Positions 18,720-27,314 of a stretch of DNA of 32,000 nt are shown one piece after another. How positions within the stretch are numbered: the first letter of the stretch is position 1; every line of letters starts with the position of its first letter. A program made the position numbers and the translations under genes. Under the pieces are notes generated by a model. The model worked only from the letters and a program-made list of their open reading frames with translations. It made no database searches and had not been told where the DNA came from. Origin of the DNA: Promethearchaeota archaeon (GTDB lineage: Archaea; Asgardarchaeota; Lokiarchaeia; Sigyniarchaeales; SOKP01); assembly GCA_030606485.1 (NCBI GenBank), contig JAUWGH010000003.1, forward strand, positions 120,001 through 152,000. Reading direction: 5' to 3'.

Positions 18720-19760
18720 ATGATAAGAAAGATTCCCGTATCTATTGTTGGCGTAGGAAATTTATGTTCTAGTTTAGTTCAAGGCATATATAGCGAAGGG
18801 AAAGGATTACTTCATAAAAATTTAGCTGGATATAAATTCTCAGATATAGAAATAGTATCGGCTATCGACATTGATTCAAGAAAAGTGGGGAAGAATCTTT
18901 CTGAAGCAATTTTTGCTGAGCCCAATGTTGCCTTAAAATTTAATTTAGAGCTCCCTAAATCGAATGTAGTTGTGAAAATGGGAGATGTTTTAGACGGAAT
19001 CGCAGAAGAAGTAAAGGAAGATATTGAAATATCTGATAAACAACCAGATGATATTGTTGAGGAATTTAAAAAGGGATTAATTGTTTTATGTTTATTGCCA
19101 TCTGGAGCAGATAAAGCTGTAAAATTTTATGCTGATAAAGCCTTAAAAGCAAATTGTGGATTTATAAATGCAACTCCATCAAATTTAGCTAACGACTTAG
19201 AATATAGTAAGAAATTTTCGGAGAAAAAACTACCACTTATTGGAGACGACATTCAAGACCAAATGGGAGCAACAATTTTACATAAATTAATACTTAAATC
19301 AATGAAAGAAAGAGGAGTAATCATTGATGAGTCATATGCGTTGGATGTTGGAGGTGGTTTGGAAAGTAAAAACTCATTATTTAGATCTAGAGAGATAAAA
19401 AGAGAAATAAAATCGAGGTCAGTAACTGAAGCATTGCATATTGATGCACCTATTATAGCAGGAACTTCAGATTATGTTGAACATATGAATAATAGTAGAA
19501 ACACTTTCATATGGATTAAAGGGAAATATTTCAATTCAGCCCCAATCATGATTGATATGAAGATATCAACGGAGGATGGTCCAAATGGAGGGTCAGTTTT
19601 GTTTGATGTAATAAGAGCAACATATGTGGCAATGCTTCAGGGTTCTTCTGGGGCTATCAAACCCATTTGTGCTTTTGGTTTTAAGAATCCTCCAGGTCAA
19701 GTTAAAGACCCAAGTGTAGCGAGTAGAGAACTATCTGAATTCATTTTGGGTGATATTTAA
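18720..19760 (+). CDS. ino1: Myo-inositol-1-phosphate synthase
   Basis: IVGVGN..SSLVQG, FINATP, GDDIQDQMGAT, KSRSV, EDGPNGG..FD..R. Confidence 0.9.
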   Translation: MIRKIPVSIVGVGNLCSSLVQGIYSEGKGLLHKNLAGYKFSDIEIVSAIDIDSRKVGKNLSEAIFAEPNVALKFNLELPKSNVVVKMGDVLDGIAEEVKEDIEISDKQPDDIVEEFKKGLIVLCLLPSGADKAVKFYADKALKANCGFINATPSNLANDLEYSKKFSEKKLPLIGDDIQDQMGATILHKLILKSMKERGVIIDESYALDVGGGLESKNSLFRSREIKREIKSRSVTEALHIDAPIIAGTSDYVEHMNNSRNTFIWIKGKYFNSAPIMIDMKISTEDGPNGGSVLFDVIRATYVAMLQGSSGAIKPICAFGFKNPPGQVKDPSVASRELSEFILGDI

Positions 19761-19792
19761 AATTGGAGAACATTCAACAAAAAAATTAAATT

Positions 19793-20923
19793 TTATTTAT
19801 TACTATTATTACTTAAAGAAGGAACGAATTCAAACGTTTTAAGCAATATATTATTTGCATCATCAAAAGCAGATGTATCAATTGCAGTATTTAAATCCAT
19901 ATAAGATTTTAGTTCATTTTTATATTTCTCAATAAACTGCTCCATGAATGACTGCGTAGCTTTTTTGAAAACAGTGGTACTCTTATTTACTATGAGGAGA
20001 ATAGCAAATCCATACTCTCTATTATATTCTAAGATTATCTCTCGATCTTTTAATGTAATCGAAGTAATCTGATCTTTTGCAGTGCTGAATTCTGAGAGAA
20101 TGTGATTTATTCCGATAAGGACAGCCCCCTTTATAGTTGATGTTTCTTTTCTCTCGCTTTTTTCAAAATCATAACTAAATAACATTATCCCCGATTTATG
20201 AAAAACAACAAATTCATAAGCAATATTGAAGAATGATAAATACTTAGTATAATATTTTAAAAAAACATAGTAGCTAAAAAGAACTCCAATCCAATTAAAC
20301 AAAAGAGAAAAACTTGAAAATAAATACGGATTTAAATATTGTAGAATTAGATAAAATGTTATCATTAAAATAATCATTGTATTGGGAATTATATAATACA
20401 CCCTTAATCTTCTCTTTTTCGTTTTAAATTTTAATACAGATAAAAAATTATAATTAAGTTTTAGAAGAATAAAAATTAAGAGAATAAGTCCGCTAATAAG
20501 GTAATTAAAACTTATTTCTACTACATAATATGAAAGTGAATCAATTATTACTGTAGAAATAATGAAAGTTTCATTCATAAGAGTAAGTGAAATAATGTAG
20601 CCACTTAGGGAAAAAATTATTAAATTAAGAAAAAGATTAAATCTTTTAAGATCTAAAGTTTCAATTCCAATAATTATCAAAATTCCAGAACATATAAGTA
20701 AATTTGAACTAATTCTCCATAAAAACAGTGTAAAATCTTCATTAAAAATTGCTATTAAACTAATATATTTAAGTAAGGGATAGATAATTCCAAAATTAAT
20801 AAGAAAAATAGTTGAAATAATGAGGAATTTAATTTTTAAATTATAAAATCTCTTTATGTGAGAATAAATTGTTATAACTGAGATAACTATACTTAAAATT
20901 ACTCCGATTAAATAAATGATCAT
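19793..20923 (-). CDS. 7-TM membrane protein fused to C-terminal longin/roadblock-like domain
   Basis: About 7 hydrophobic segments in the first ~225 aa; VVFHKSGIMLFSYDF...GAVLIGINHILSEF...IILEY...AILLI...F...F...Y longin-like pattern. Confidence 0.7.
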   Translation of the reverse strand: MIIYLIGVILSIVISVITIYSHIKRFYNLKIKFLIISTIFLINFGIIYPLLKYISLIAIFNEDFTLFLWRISSNLLICSGILIIIGIETLDLKRFNLFLNLIIFSLSGYIISLTLMNETFIISTVIIDSLSYYVVEISFNYLISGLILLIFILLKLNYNFLSVLKFKTKKRRLRVYYIIPNTMIILMITFYLILQYLNPYLFSSFSLLFNWIGVLFSYYVFLKYYTKYLSFFNIAYEFVVFHKSGIMLFSYDFEKSERKETSTIKGAVLIGINHILSEFSTAKDQITSITLKDREIILEYNREYGFAILLIVNKSTTVFKKATQSFMEQFIEKYKNELKSYMDLNTAIDTSAFDDANNILLKTFEFVPSLSNNSNK

Positions 20924-21157
20924 CGTTCTTTACGTAATTCGACTACTTTATAACATTGTAATAGATTTCTATATATTATTAAGATATATCATATATTTAA
21001 ATAAATGCATTATAAATTTTTTTATAGCTTTAATTGTTTTTAGAAAAAATTAATAAAAATAATAAGATTTTCGAAATATTATTAGCTTTTATTTAAAAAA
21101 AAAGTTAAATTTTTAACTAAATTGTGAAATGAATTAAAGAAAGCAAAAATACTTATA

Positions 21158-22102
21158 ATGAAAGTAGTAATTACAGGAATATCATCCTTTCTTGCATCAG
21201 AATTAGTTCCAAGAATTGAATCTGATAAAGAGATTACTGAAATTTTGGGATTAGACATAATAGAACCAAAATATACTTCACAAAAGATTAAATTCATTAA
21301 AAAAGACATTCGAGATAAGAGAATTTTTGAAGATTTAAGAGGATATGACGCAATCATACATTTAGCATTTATTGTAAGCCCAATATCTAATAGGAGAGAG
21401 ATGTATTCTATAAATTTAGATGGAAGTAAAAATGTTTTCAATTGCGCAATAAAAGCTGGCATAAAAAAGATTATTCATGCAAGCTCAGTTGCTGCCTATG
21501 GTGCCTTCCCAGAAAATCCGATTCCTATTACTGAAGAACACCCAATTAGATTAATGAAAAAACATTTTTATTATAATGAAACAAAATATTATGTAGAAAA
21601 ACATCTGGATGAGCTTTCAAAAAAATACCCAGATGTAATTATTACACGAATTCGTCCCAGTATTTTTTTAGGCCCCAATATTAACAATTTTTTTCGAACT
21701 TATTTTCTTGGTAAAAGAATTTATACATTTTCGCCTGAGGTTTTGGTACAATTAGCTTGGATTGATGATGTTGCAGAAGCATTTTATTTGGTTTTAAAGA
21801 AAGACGTCTCTGGAGCATTTAATATTGGAGCCGATAATCCTATAAGTTCAAGGGAGATTGCTGAAAAATTAGGAATTAATTGCGTTAAATTACCATATCA
21901 TTTTGGATTATTATTAATAAACGCTTTATATAAACTTCATATCCTAAGATCTTTAACACCTGGTTGGATACGTGCTACAAGATATCCAATAATTGTTGAT
22001 TCAAGCAAGGCAAAACAAGTTTTGGGCTGGACTCCAAAATATGATACTTATGGATCTGTAAAAGCATTATATGATGCTCTAAAAGAGAGTGGAGAAATTT
22101 AA
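21158..22102 (+). CDS. NAD-dependent epimerase/dehydratase (extended SDR)
   Basis: KDIRD, HLAF, N..GS.NV, HASSVAAYG, YNETK (YxxxK), R P..FLG; degenerate Gly motif TGISSFLA. Confidence 0.88.
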   Translation: MKVVITGISSFLASELVPRIESDKEITEILGLDIIEPKYTSQKIKFIKKDIRDKRIFEDLRGYDAIIHLAFIVSPISNRREMYSINLDGSKNVFNCAIKAGIKKIIHASSVAAYGAFPENPIPITEEHPIRLMKKHFYYNETKYYVEKHLDELSKKYPDVIITRIRPSIFLGPNINNFFRTYFLGKRIYTFSPEVLVQLAWIDDVAEAFYLVLKKDVSGAFNIGADNPISSREIAEKLGINCVKLPYHFGLLLINALYKLHILRSLTPGWIRATRYPIIVDSSKAKQVLGWTPKYDTYGSVKALYDALKESGEI

Positions 22103-22107
22103 TAATT

Positions 22108-23169
22108 TTATTTTGATTTCTTTTTTCCTTCGAGGATGGCCATTCCCATTTCAATTACCTTGTTAAAAGGCTCCTCTCCGTCTTCTCTTAATTGTAAAGT
22201 TATTGCTTCTTCAGGACAAACTCTATAACATAGTCCGCAACCAAGGCATTTTTCTCTATTTACAATAGCAATATCTTCTAGATCGATTGCTCCAACTGGA
22301 CATCTTTCCACACAGGATCCACAACCAATACATTTTTCTGGATCAATAATAGATTCAAACATTGCGTTCATATATCTATGTTTATCGTGCCCCATTTTTG
22401 TTATCCCTTGCATTGATGCGCAACAGCATGGACAACAATTGCATAGATTGGATAAATGTTTGGAATTAGCACTAGCATGAACTAAACCAGCCTCATCAGC
22501 TTCTTCTATGATTTTTATTGCCTCCTCTGCAGTTATTTCTCGACCTATTCCATTTTCGATATAATACTCTGCTGCTACTCCGAAGCTAAGGCATGTCTCT
22601 ATAGGATAATCACAGCCTTCTCCATTTAACCTCGCTTCCTTACGGCAAATACAATCCGTGACAGAAATTATTCTAACTTTTTTAATGCTCTCCTTGAGTT
22701 TATGATATGGGTAAAGAGTAGTGTTTATAGGAATTGTTTCATCTACGGGAATAACTTTAAAACCCGGAACATTGCTAACACCAATTTCATTTAAATATGC
22801 AGTATCATAATATTCTTTATACATTTTGGCAAGTTCCTTATCGATTTTTTTAACTGAGTATTCATATAAACCGATCATGAAAGGTGCAGCATTATAAAGC
22901 GTTCTTCCATCCCGGTGAACTCGAAAGATAAGTCCTTTTTTCGCCATATGCTCAAATTTTTTTTCCAATTCTTTTTCTTCCAGATTATGTCGTCGCGTTA
23001 TTCGAGCAACTGTTTCTGGAATGTGTGTTAACAATGGAACCAATTCTGCTTCATTATCTGTAAAAAGTTTCTTTAAAATCTTAATTTCTATTCCAGATGG
23101 TGTTTTGGGAAAACCTAATGGGAATTGATTTAAAAATTCTTGTAACTTCTCATAAACTTCTTCATTCAA
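22108..23169 (-). CDS. Multi-domain 4Fe-4S protein (N-terminal HTH-like region, Cys-rich core, C-terminal 2x[4Fe-4S] ferredoxin)
   Basis: CICRK..C..C, CNCCPCCC, CIGCGSCVERCP, CLGCGLCYRVCP; TTG start overlapping the upstream TGA. Confidence 0.9.
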   Translation of the reverse strand: MNEEVYEKLQEFLNQFPLGFPKTPSGIEIKILKKLFTDNEAELVPLLTHIPETVARITRRHNLEEKELEKKFEHMAKKGLIFRVHRDGRTLYNAAPFMIGLYEYSVKKIDKELAKMYKEYYDTAYLNEIGVSNVPGFKVIPVDETIPINTTLYPYHKLKESIKKVRIISVTDCICRKEARLNGEGCDYPIETCLSFGVAAEYYIENGIGREITAEEAIKIIEEADEAGLVHASANSKHLSNLCNCCPCCCASMQGITKMGHDKHRYMNAMFESIIDPEKCIGCGSCVERCPVGAIDLEDIAIVNREKCLGCGLCYRVCPEEAITLQLREDGEEPFNKVIEMGMAILEGKKKSK

Positions 23170-24977
23170 TCTTTTTTTACACCGCGTTTATATTGTAAAT
23201 TCATACTAAGTAAAATAAAAAAATCAAAAATAAAATTTCCAATAATTAAAAGCGGAAAAAAATACGCAGTTAATAAGCTTCCTAATAAACTTAGATTTTT
23301 AACTTTTCTTTGTTCATTCACTATCTCAGGAAACAATTTTGTTATCAATTTTCGTTCATTTTTTTCACTAACTATACCTTTCCGGTTGTAGCCTTGCTGA
23401 TATTGATTTGTTCTCATCAAAGAACGAAAATCTCGATAAATCCAGATAAACCAACCCGCAATATAATCTTTTGAATTAAGTGTGCGAATGGTATAGTCGA
23501 GCACTCTAACCTGTCTTTCTTCGCTAAATTTTACTTGATTTTTCCACCCAGCCTTAAACTCGATTTTCGCACCAGCGCCGAACTCAGTAAAAATCCATGG
23601 CTTCTTGGGGGCTATTGCTCTCATAGCGTCTGCCATAAAATTAAGTTGGTTAACTCTTGCATAATACCATCCAAGATAAACATTTACTGCAGCAATATCA
23701 GCCTTCCTTTGAGTTAAATCAATGAAAAACTTATATGAAACATAAGTTACAAGTCTTGTATCATCATGCATTCTTACCCATTCCATTAAGCGTCTTATAA
23801 ATCGTGAACAGTTTGGTTGTTGTATTGGAACTTCGTTTCCGACACTCCACCAGATAACACTTGGATGATTATAATCCCGTCCAATTAATCCTTTTAACAT
23901 TTTCGCAGCTAACTTAAATGTTTTTGAATTTCCGAAATCACAAAAGCCCCAAAGAGGAATTTCCTCTAAAATTAATATCCCTAACTTATCAGCGGCATCC
24001 ATTAATTTTTCATCATGAGAATAATGTGCTGTTCTTAAAGCATTGAATCCGAAAGATTTCATATTCTTAACATCTTCTTCACGCTTTTCATACGGAATAG
24101 TTCTCCCGTATGTCATATACTCTTCATGTAATGAAGCACCCTTAATTTTAATTCGTTGCTTATTCAAATAGAGATATATTCCATTAGTTTCAATTTGTCG
24201 AATTCCAAATTTAGTTTGAAATAGAATTTCTCTTTCATTCCCACTATCTATTGGTTTAATTATCAATTTATATAATTTTGGTGAATCTGGAGACCACAAC
24301 TTTGGATTATTTATCGTGATTGCTATATTATCTTGATTTTGTTTTGTTCCAGAAGCTATTGGAATATTATCATCTTTTTTATCTGGTTCAATTATTGACC
24401 ATTTGAAATTTAAAGAACCTTTAATTCTATAGGAAATCCGAATTAGAGACTTTTTTCGTGAAGGTAGTAGTGTCTTAATTCTTACTTTCTCTAATCGATT
24501 TTTTTTTAAAATAATTAAATTGACATCCCGATAAATACCACCCCAATTAAACCAATCAAAAAATAGACCGGGAATTCCATCTTTTCTTCTAATATTATCT
24601 ACTCTAACTGTTAAAAAATTCGATTTTGATTTTAATAGTCCTATTTTTTTTATTTTAAACTTAAAGGGAAGAAAACCCCCCTCATTATCACCAAGGAATT
24701 TATTATTTAACCACACTTCAGTAAAGTAATTACTTCCCTCGAATTCAATAAAAACATCCATATCTTTATTCTGTTGATCAAAATCAAATAAATAATAATG
24801 CCAAAAAATACCCTCAAAATTCTCGTACTCTTTCAAAGTGTTAAAACTAATAGGGATTTTTATTTCAGTTAGATTTTTTTTAGATTCAAAAGAGTTATAA
24901 TTAAACCAATTTTCTTTCTTACCAATATCTTTTTTATCAACTTCACAAAACCAATTCCCATTTAAAGAGATTTTCAT
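23166..24977 (-). CDS. Glycoside hydrolase family 2, probable beta-glucuronidase, with C-terminal hydrophobic helix
   Basis: DWFNWGGIYRDV, RTAHY, WSVGNE (acid/base), FTEFG (nucleophile), NRKG matching the GUS NxKG motif. Confidence 0.9.
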   Translation of the reverse strand: MKISLNGNWFCEVDKKDIGKKENWFNYNSFESKKNLTEIKIPISFNTLKEYENFEGIFWHYYLFDFDQQNKDMDVFIEFEGSNYFTEVWLNNKFLGDNEGGFLPFKFKIKKIGLLKSKSNFLTVRVDNIRRKDGIPGLFFDWFNWGGIYRDVNLIILKKNRLEKVRIKTLLPSRKKSLIRISYRIKGSLNFKWSIIEPDKKDDNIPIASGTKQNQDNIAITINNPKLWSPDSPKLYKLIIKPIDSGNEREILFQTKFGIRQIETNGIYLYLNKQRIKIKGASLHEEYMTYGRTIPYEKREEDVKNMKSFGFNALRTAHYSHDEKLMDAADKLGILILEEIPLWGFCDFGNSKTFKLAAKMLKGLIGRDYNHPSVIWWSVGNEVPIQQPNCSRFIRRLMEWVRMHDDTRLVTYVSYKFFIDLTQRKADIAAVNVYLGWYYARVNQLNFMADAMRAIAPKKPWIFTEFGAGAKIEFKAGWKNQVKFSEERQVRVLDYTIRTLNSKDYIAGWFIWIYRDFRSLMRTNQYQQGYNRKGIVSEKNERKLITKLFPEIVNEQRKVKNLSLLGSLLTAYFFPLLIIGNFIFDFFILLSMNLQYKRGVKKD

Positions 24978-25031
24978 AATTTATTTATCATAATGAATTT
25001 TTCTATATTATTATTTAAGAAGTAATATGAG

Positions 25032-25133
25032 GGCCCTCTGCGGGAATTGAACCCGCCTCTAGGGATGACTCCGTAATTCTGAAGTAGAATTTACTTCACA
25101 GTCCCCAATACTAACCGCTGTACCAAGAGGGCC
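25032..25133 (-). tRNA. tRNA-His(GUG) with genome-encoded G-1 and a 29-nt intron at 37/38 (25067-25095)
   Basis: G-1 + GCCCTCT/AGAGGGC + C73; GGGGA-CT-GTG-A^A-TCCCT after intron removal; T arm GCGGG-TTCAATT-CCCGC; BHB-like fold with 3-nt bulges. Confidence 0.9.
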
Positions 25134-25282
25134 ATAACTAATAACTACTACATTTAAGAATGTATTCTACTTAAAAAATTTTTTTAGAATGAATAGAAGA
25201 ATCACTGTATTTATCTTATTAAATTTAAGAGAAATATACTTAATAAAAACTTGCGTGAATATTTAAAGAAAAAAGAAAATTA

Positions 25283-26140
25283 TTAATATTTCCTTGGAAG
25301 TTTCATAATTTCTTTGGCTTCATCCAAATCTGCAATTTCCCGATCCAATTCTTTTGCTAGGCGAACACATTTTTCTACCATTTGCTTATTACTTTCTGCG
25401 AGAACTCCTCTCGAAATATAGATATTGTCTTCGAGACCGCATCTTACATTACCTCCTAAAAGGATAGCTTGAGTAATTAACCGCCATTGATGTCTGCCAA
25501 TCCCAGTGATACACCATGTAGCCCTTGGAATTTTTTCAATAAGATTCTTCATATACATGAGATTTTCCATTGTCGGAGCTGCTCCTCCTAAAACGCCGAG
25601 TACAATATTATAATTTAAAGGATCATGGAAATGTCCTTGTTCTCTTACAAAGAGGATATTATTTATTTGTCCAACATCATATACTTCAAATTCAGGGGCG
25701 GTTCCCGCTTCTTTAAATGTATCTCCAAAATGTCCTAAAGTTTCAAATTTATTTGGAAATATAATTTCCTTTAAAATTGTTGTTCCTCTTGCAAGAGCAA
25801 AATTCATTGATCCAGAATTTAGGGATCCCATCTCAGGTTTGCATATAGGGATATGTCCCAATCTTTGCTCAAGAGTCATGCCAGGAGCCCCCCCAGTAGA
25901 TAAACATAGAAGTAGATCACATTTTTCTTTTACTCTTTTGACAATGTCCTGAAACACTTCAGGAGAAGCAGTTGGTGTACCATCAGGCATTCTAGCATGT
26001 ATATGGACCATTGTCGCCCCTGCTTCATAACAAGCATAAGCGTCATTTGCTAATTCTTCCGGAGTATGTGGAAGCGCAGGATTCTGTGCTCGTGAAGTGA
26101 GTGAACCTGTCAAAGCGCAAGTTATAACTAATTTTTCCAA
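25283..26140 (-). CDS. Beta-keto acid cleavage enzyme (BKACE/DUF849, Kce family); likely TTG start 26140 after GGTGAT (ORF track start 26149)
   Basis: ITCALTG, P.TPEE, HIH, STGG, PEFEVYD, R.GLED. Confidence 0.92.
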   Translation of the reverse strand: MEKLVITCALTGSLTSRAQNPALPHTPEELANDAYACYEAGATMVHIHARMPDGTPTASPEVFQDIVKRVKEKCDLLLCLSTGGAPGMTLEQRLGHIPICKPEMGSLNSGSMNFALARGTTILKEIIFPNKFETLGHFGDTFKEAGTAPEFEVYDVGQINNILFVREQGHFHDPLNYNIVLGVLGGAAPTMENLMYMKNLIEKIPRATWCITGIGRHQWRLITQAILLGGNVRCGLEDNIYISRGVLAESNKQMVEKCVRLAKELDREIADLDEAKEIMKLPRKY

Positions 26141-26351
26141 TATTATCACCTTATGATTTCAAATTTTTGTAGTTAAATTTCGTTATTTAAATTATGATTT
26201 TTTTTTATTAAATTTATTTTTCATTTATTTCATATAAATATTGTCTTGTTTTATCTGGTTAAAATTAAGATTGTTGTGAAATTCTGTTTATTAGATACTC
26301 AACTTTTTACTAGATAACAGAACTAATTAAAAATAAAAAATAAAAAAATAA

Positions 26352-27302
26352 TTATATTGGTCTGAAATATTCAATATCCGTAATTCTCTTTCTTGGTTTA
26401 TCTTTAAAAACAGCTTCAACTCTCATCCCCAGTTTCAACTTTTTTGGATCGCTTTCTTTTATTATATGCACTATTTCCGTGTTAGAACCATCAAGTGTGA
26501 TTAATGCATAAGCAAAGGGCGGTTCTAAAGGCATAACGGGGGTAGAATGCGTTACAACTGTAAAACCCTTAACTGAGCCTTGATTACTAACTTCAACCCA
26601 CTCATCCATTTTTTCAAAGCAATTAAAGCATATCATCTTGGGCGGAACATAAACCTTTCCACACTTTGGGCACTTAACCCCCATGATTTTATTATTTTTT
26701 CCAATTTCAGTTATAAATTTTTCAACATATGCTCCCGCGACATGCTTATAAGGAACCTTTATTCTGCCTCTAAAAACTTTCTCTTCAATATCTTCAACCA
26801 TTTTTTCAACCTTTTTTGGTTTTGGCTCTTCTTTAATTATTTCATAATATAGAATATCTCCTAAATTACCTTCTCTCTCTTCTTTGAAAACTGCTTTAAC
26901 TCGCATCCCAACCCTTAATTTTGTATGATCTACCTCATCAATGAAATGCATGGTATAAGTATCGACACCATCTAATTTAAACAGTCCATATCCGTAAGGA
27001 AAAGGTCTTAATCCACCTGTTTGAGGATCTACAAATGGATAGTTAACCACAGTGAATCCTACAAGAGTCCCAGTGTCATATAATTCGATAAGTCGTGTCA
27101 TTTCCACCATACAATCCGCACAGACTGCTCGAGGCGGGAAATATACTTTCCCACATTTTGGGCATTTACTTCCGTGTAATTTTTTATTCTCCTTTAGTTC
27201 TTTAAAAAATTGTACTGATAATTTCCCCATAGAATATCTGTAAGGAAGGTCTGTTTTCCATTTAATTTGAAATACTTTTTCTTTATCTTTACCTCTACTC
27301 AT
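26352..27302 (-). CDS. Tandem double DUF35 (Zn ribbon + OB fold) acyl-CoA-binding scaffold; likely ATG 27302 (ORF track start 27350)
   Basis: Two units: CPKCGKVYFPPRAVCADC and CPKCGKVYVPPKMICFNC, each followed by G....FTVV...P...LI.LDG..T..H...GMRV.AVF. Confidence 0.92.
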   Translation of the reverse strand: MSRGKDKEKVFQIKWKTDLPYRYSMGKLSVQFFKELKENKKLHGSKCPKCGKVYFPPRAVCADCMVEMTRLIELYDTGTLVGFTVVNYPFVDPQTGGLRPFPYGYGLFKLDGVDTYTMHFIDEVDHTKLRVGMRVKAVFKEEREGNLGDILYYEIIKEEPKPKKVEKMVEDIEEKVFRGRIKVPYKHVAGAYVEKFITEIGKNNKIMGVKCPKCGKVYVPPKMICFNCFEKMDEWVEVSNQGSVKGFTVVTHSTPVMPLEPPFAYALITLDGSNTEIVHIIKESDPKKLKLGMRVEAVFKDKPRKRITDIEYFRPI

Positions 27303-27306
27303 GATA

Positions 27307-27314
27307 ATCACCTC
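27307..27314 (-). promoter_or_regulatory. Shine-Dalgarno-like GAGGTGAT overlapping the upstream stop codon (translational coupling to the DUF35 gene)
   Basis: Minus strand reads TTG AGG TGA TTATC ATG. Confidence 0.7.

Noticed and set aside
10251-25133. tRNA-Leu and tRNA-His as integration sites bounding an island
   Set aside because: No integrase or transposase, no duplicated tRNA 3' end seen, and housekeeping genes lie between them
25283-26140. Lysine fermentation locus
   Set aside because: No kamA/kamDE/kdd/kal neighbours in the window, and the Kce amine-binding Glu appears to be absent
4765-27310. Selenocysteine (UGA) read-through at TGA-ending ORFs (PEBP, alpha/beta hydrolase, GH2, Ltp3-like)
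   Set aside because: Each protein is complete at its TGA, none of the TGAs sits at a catalytic Cys position, and no convincing SECIS was seen
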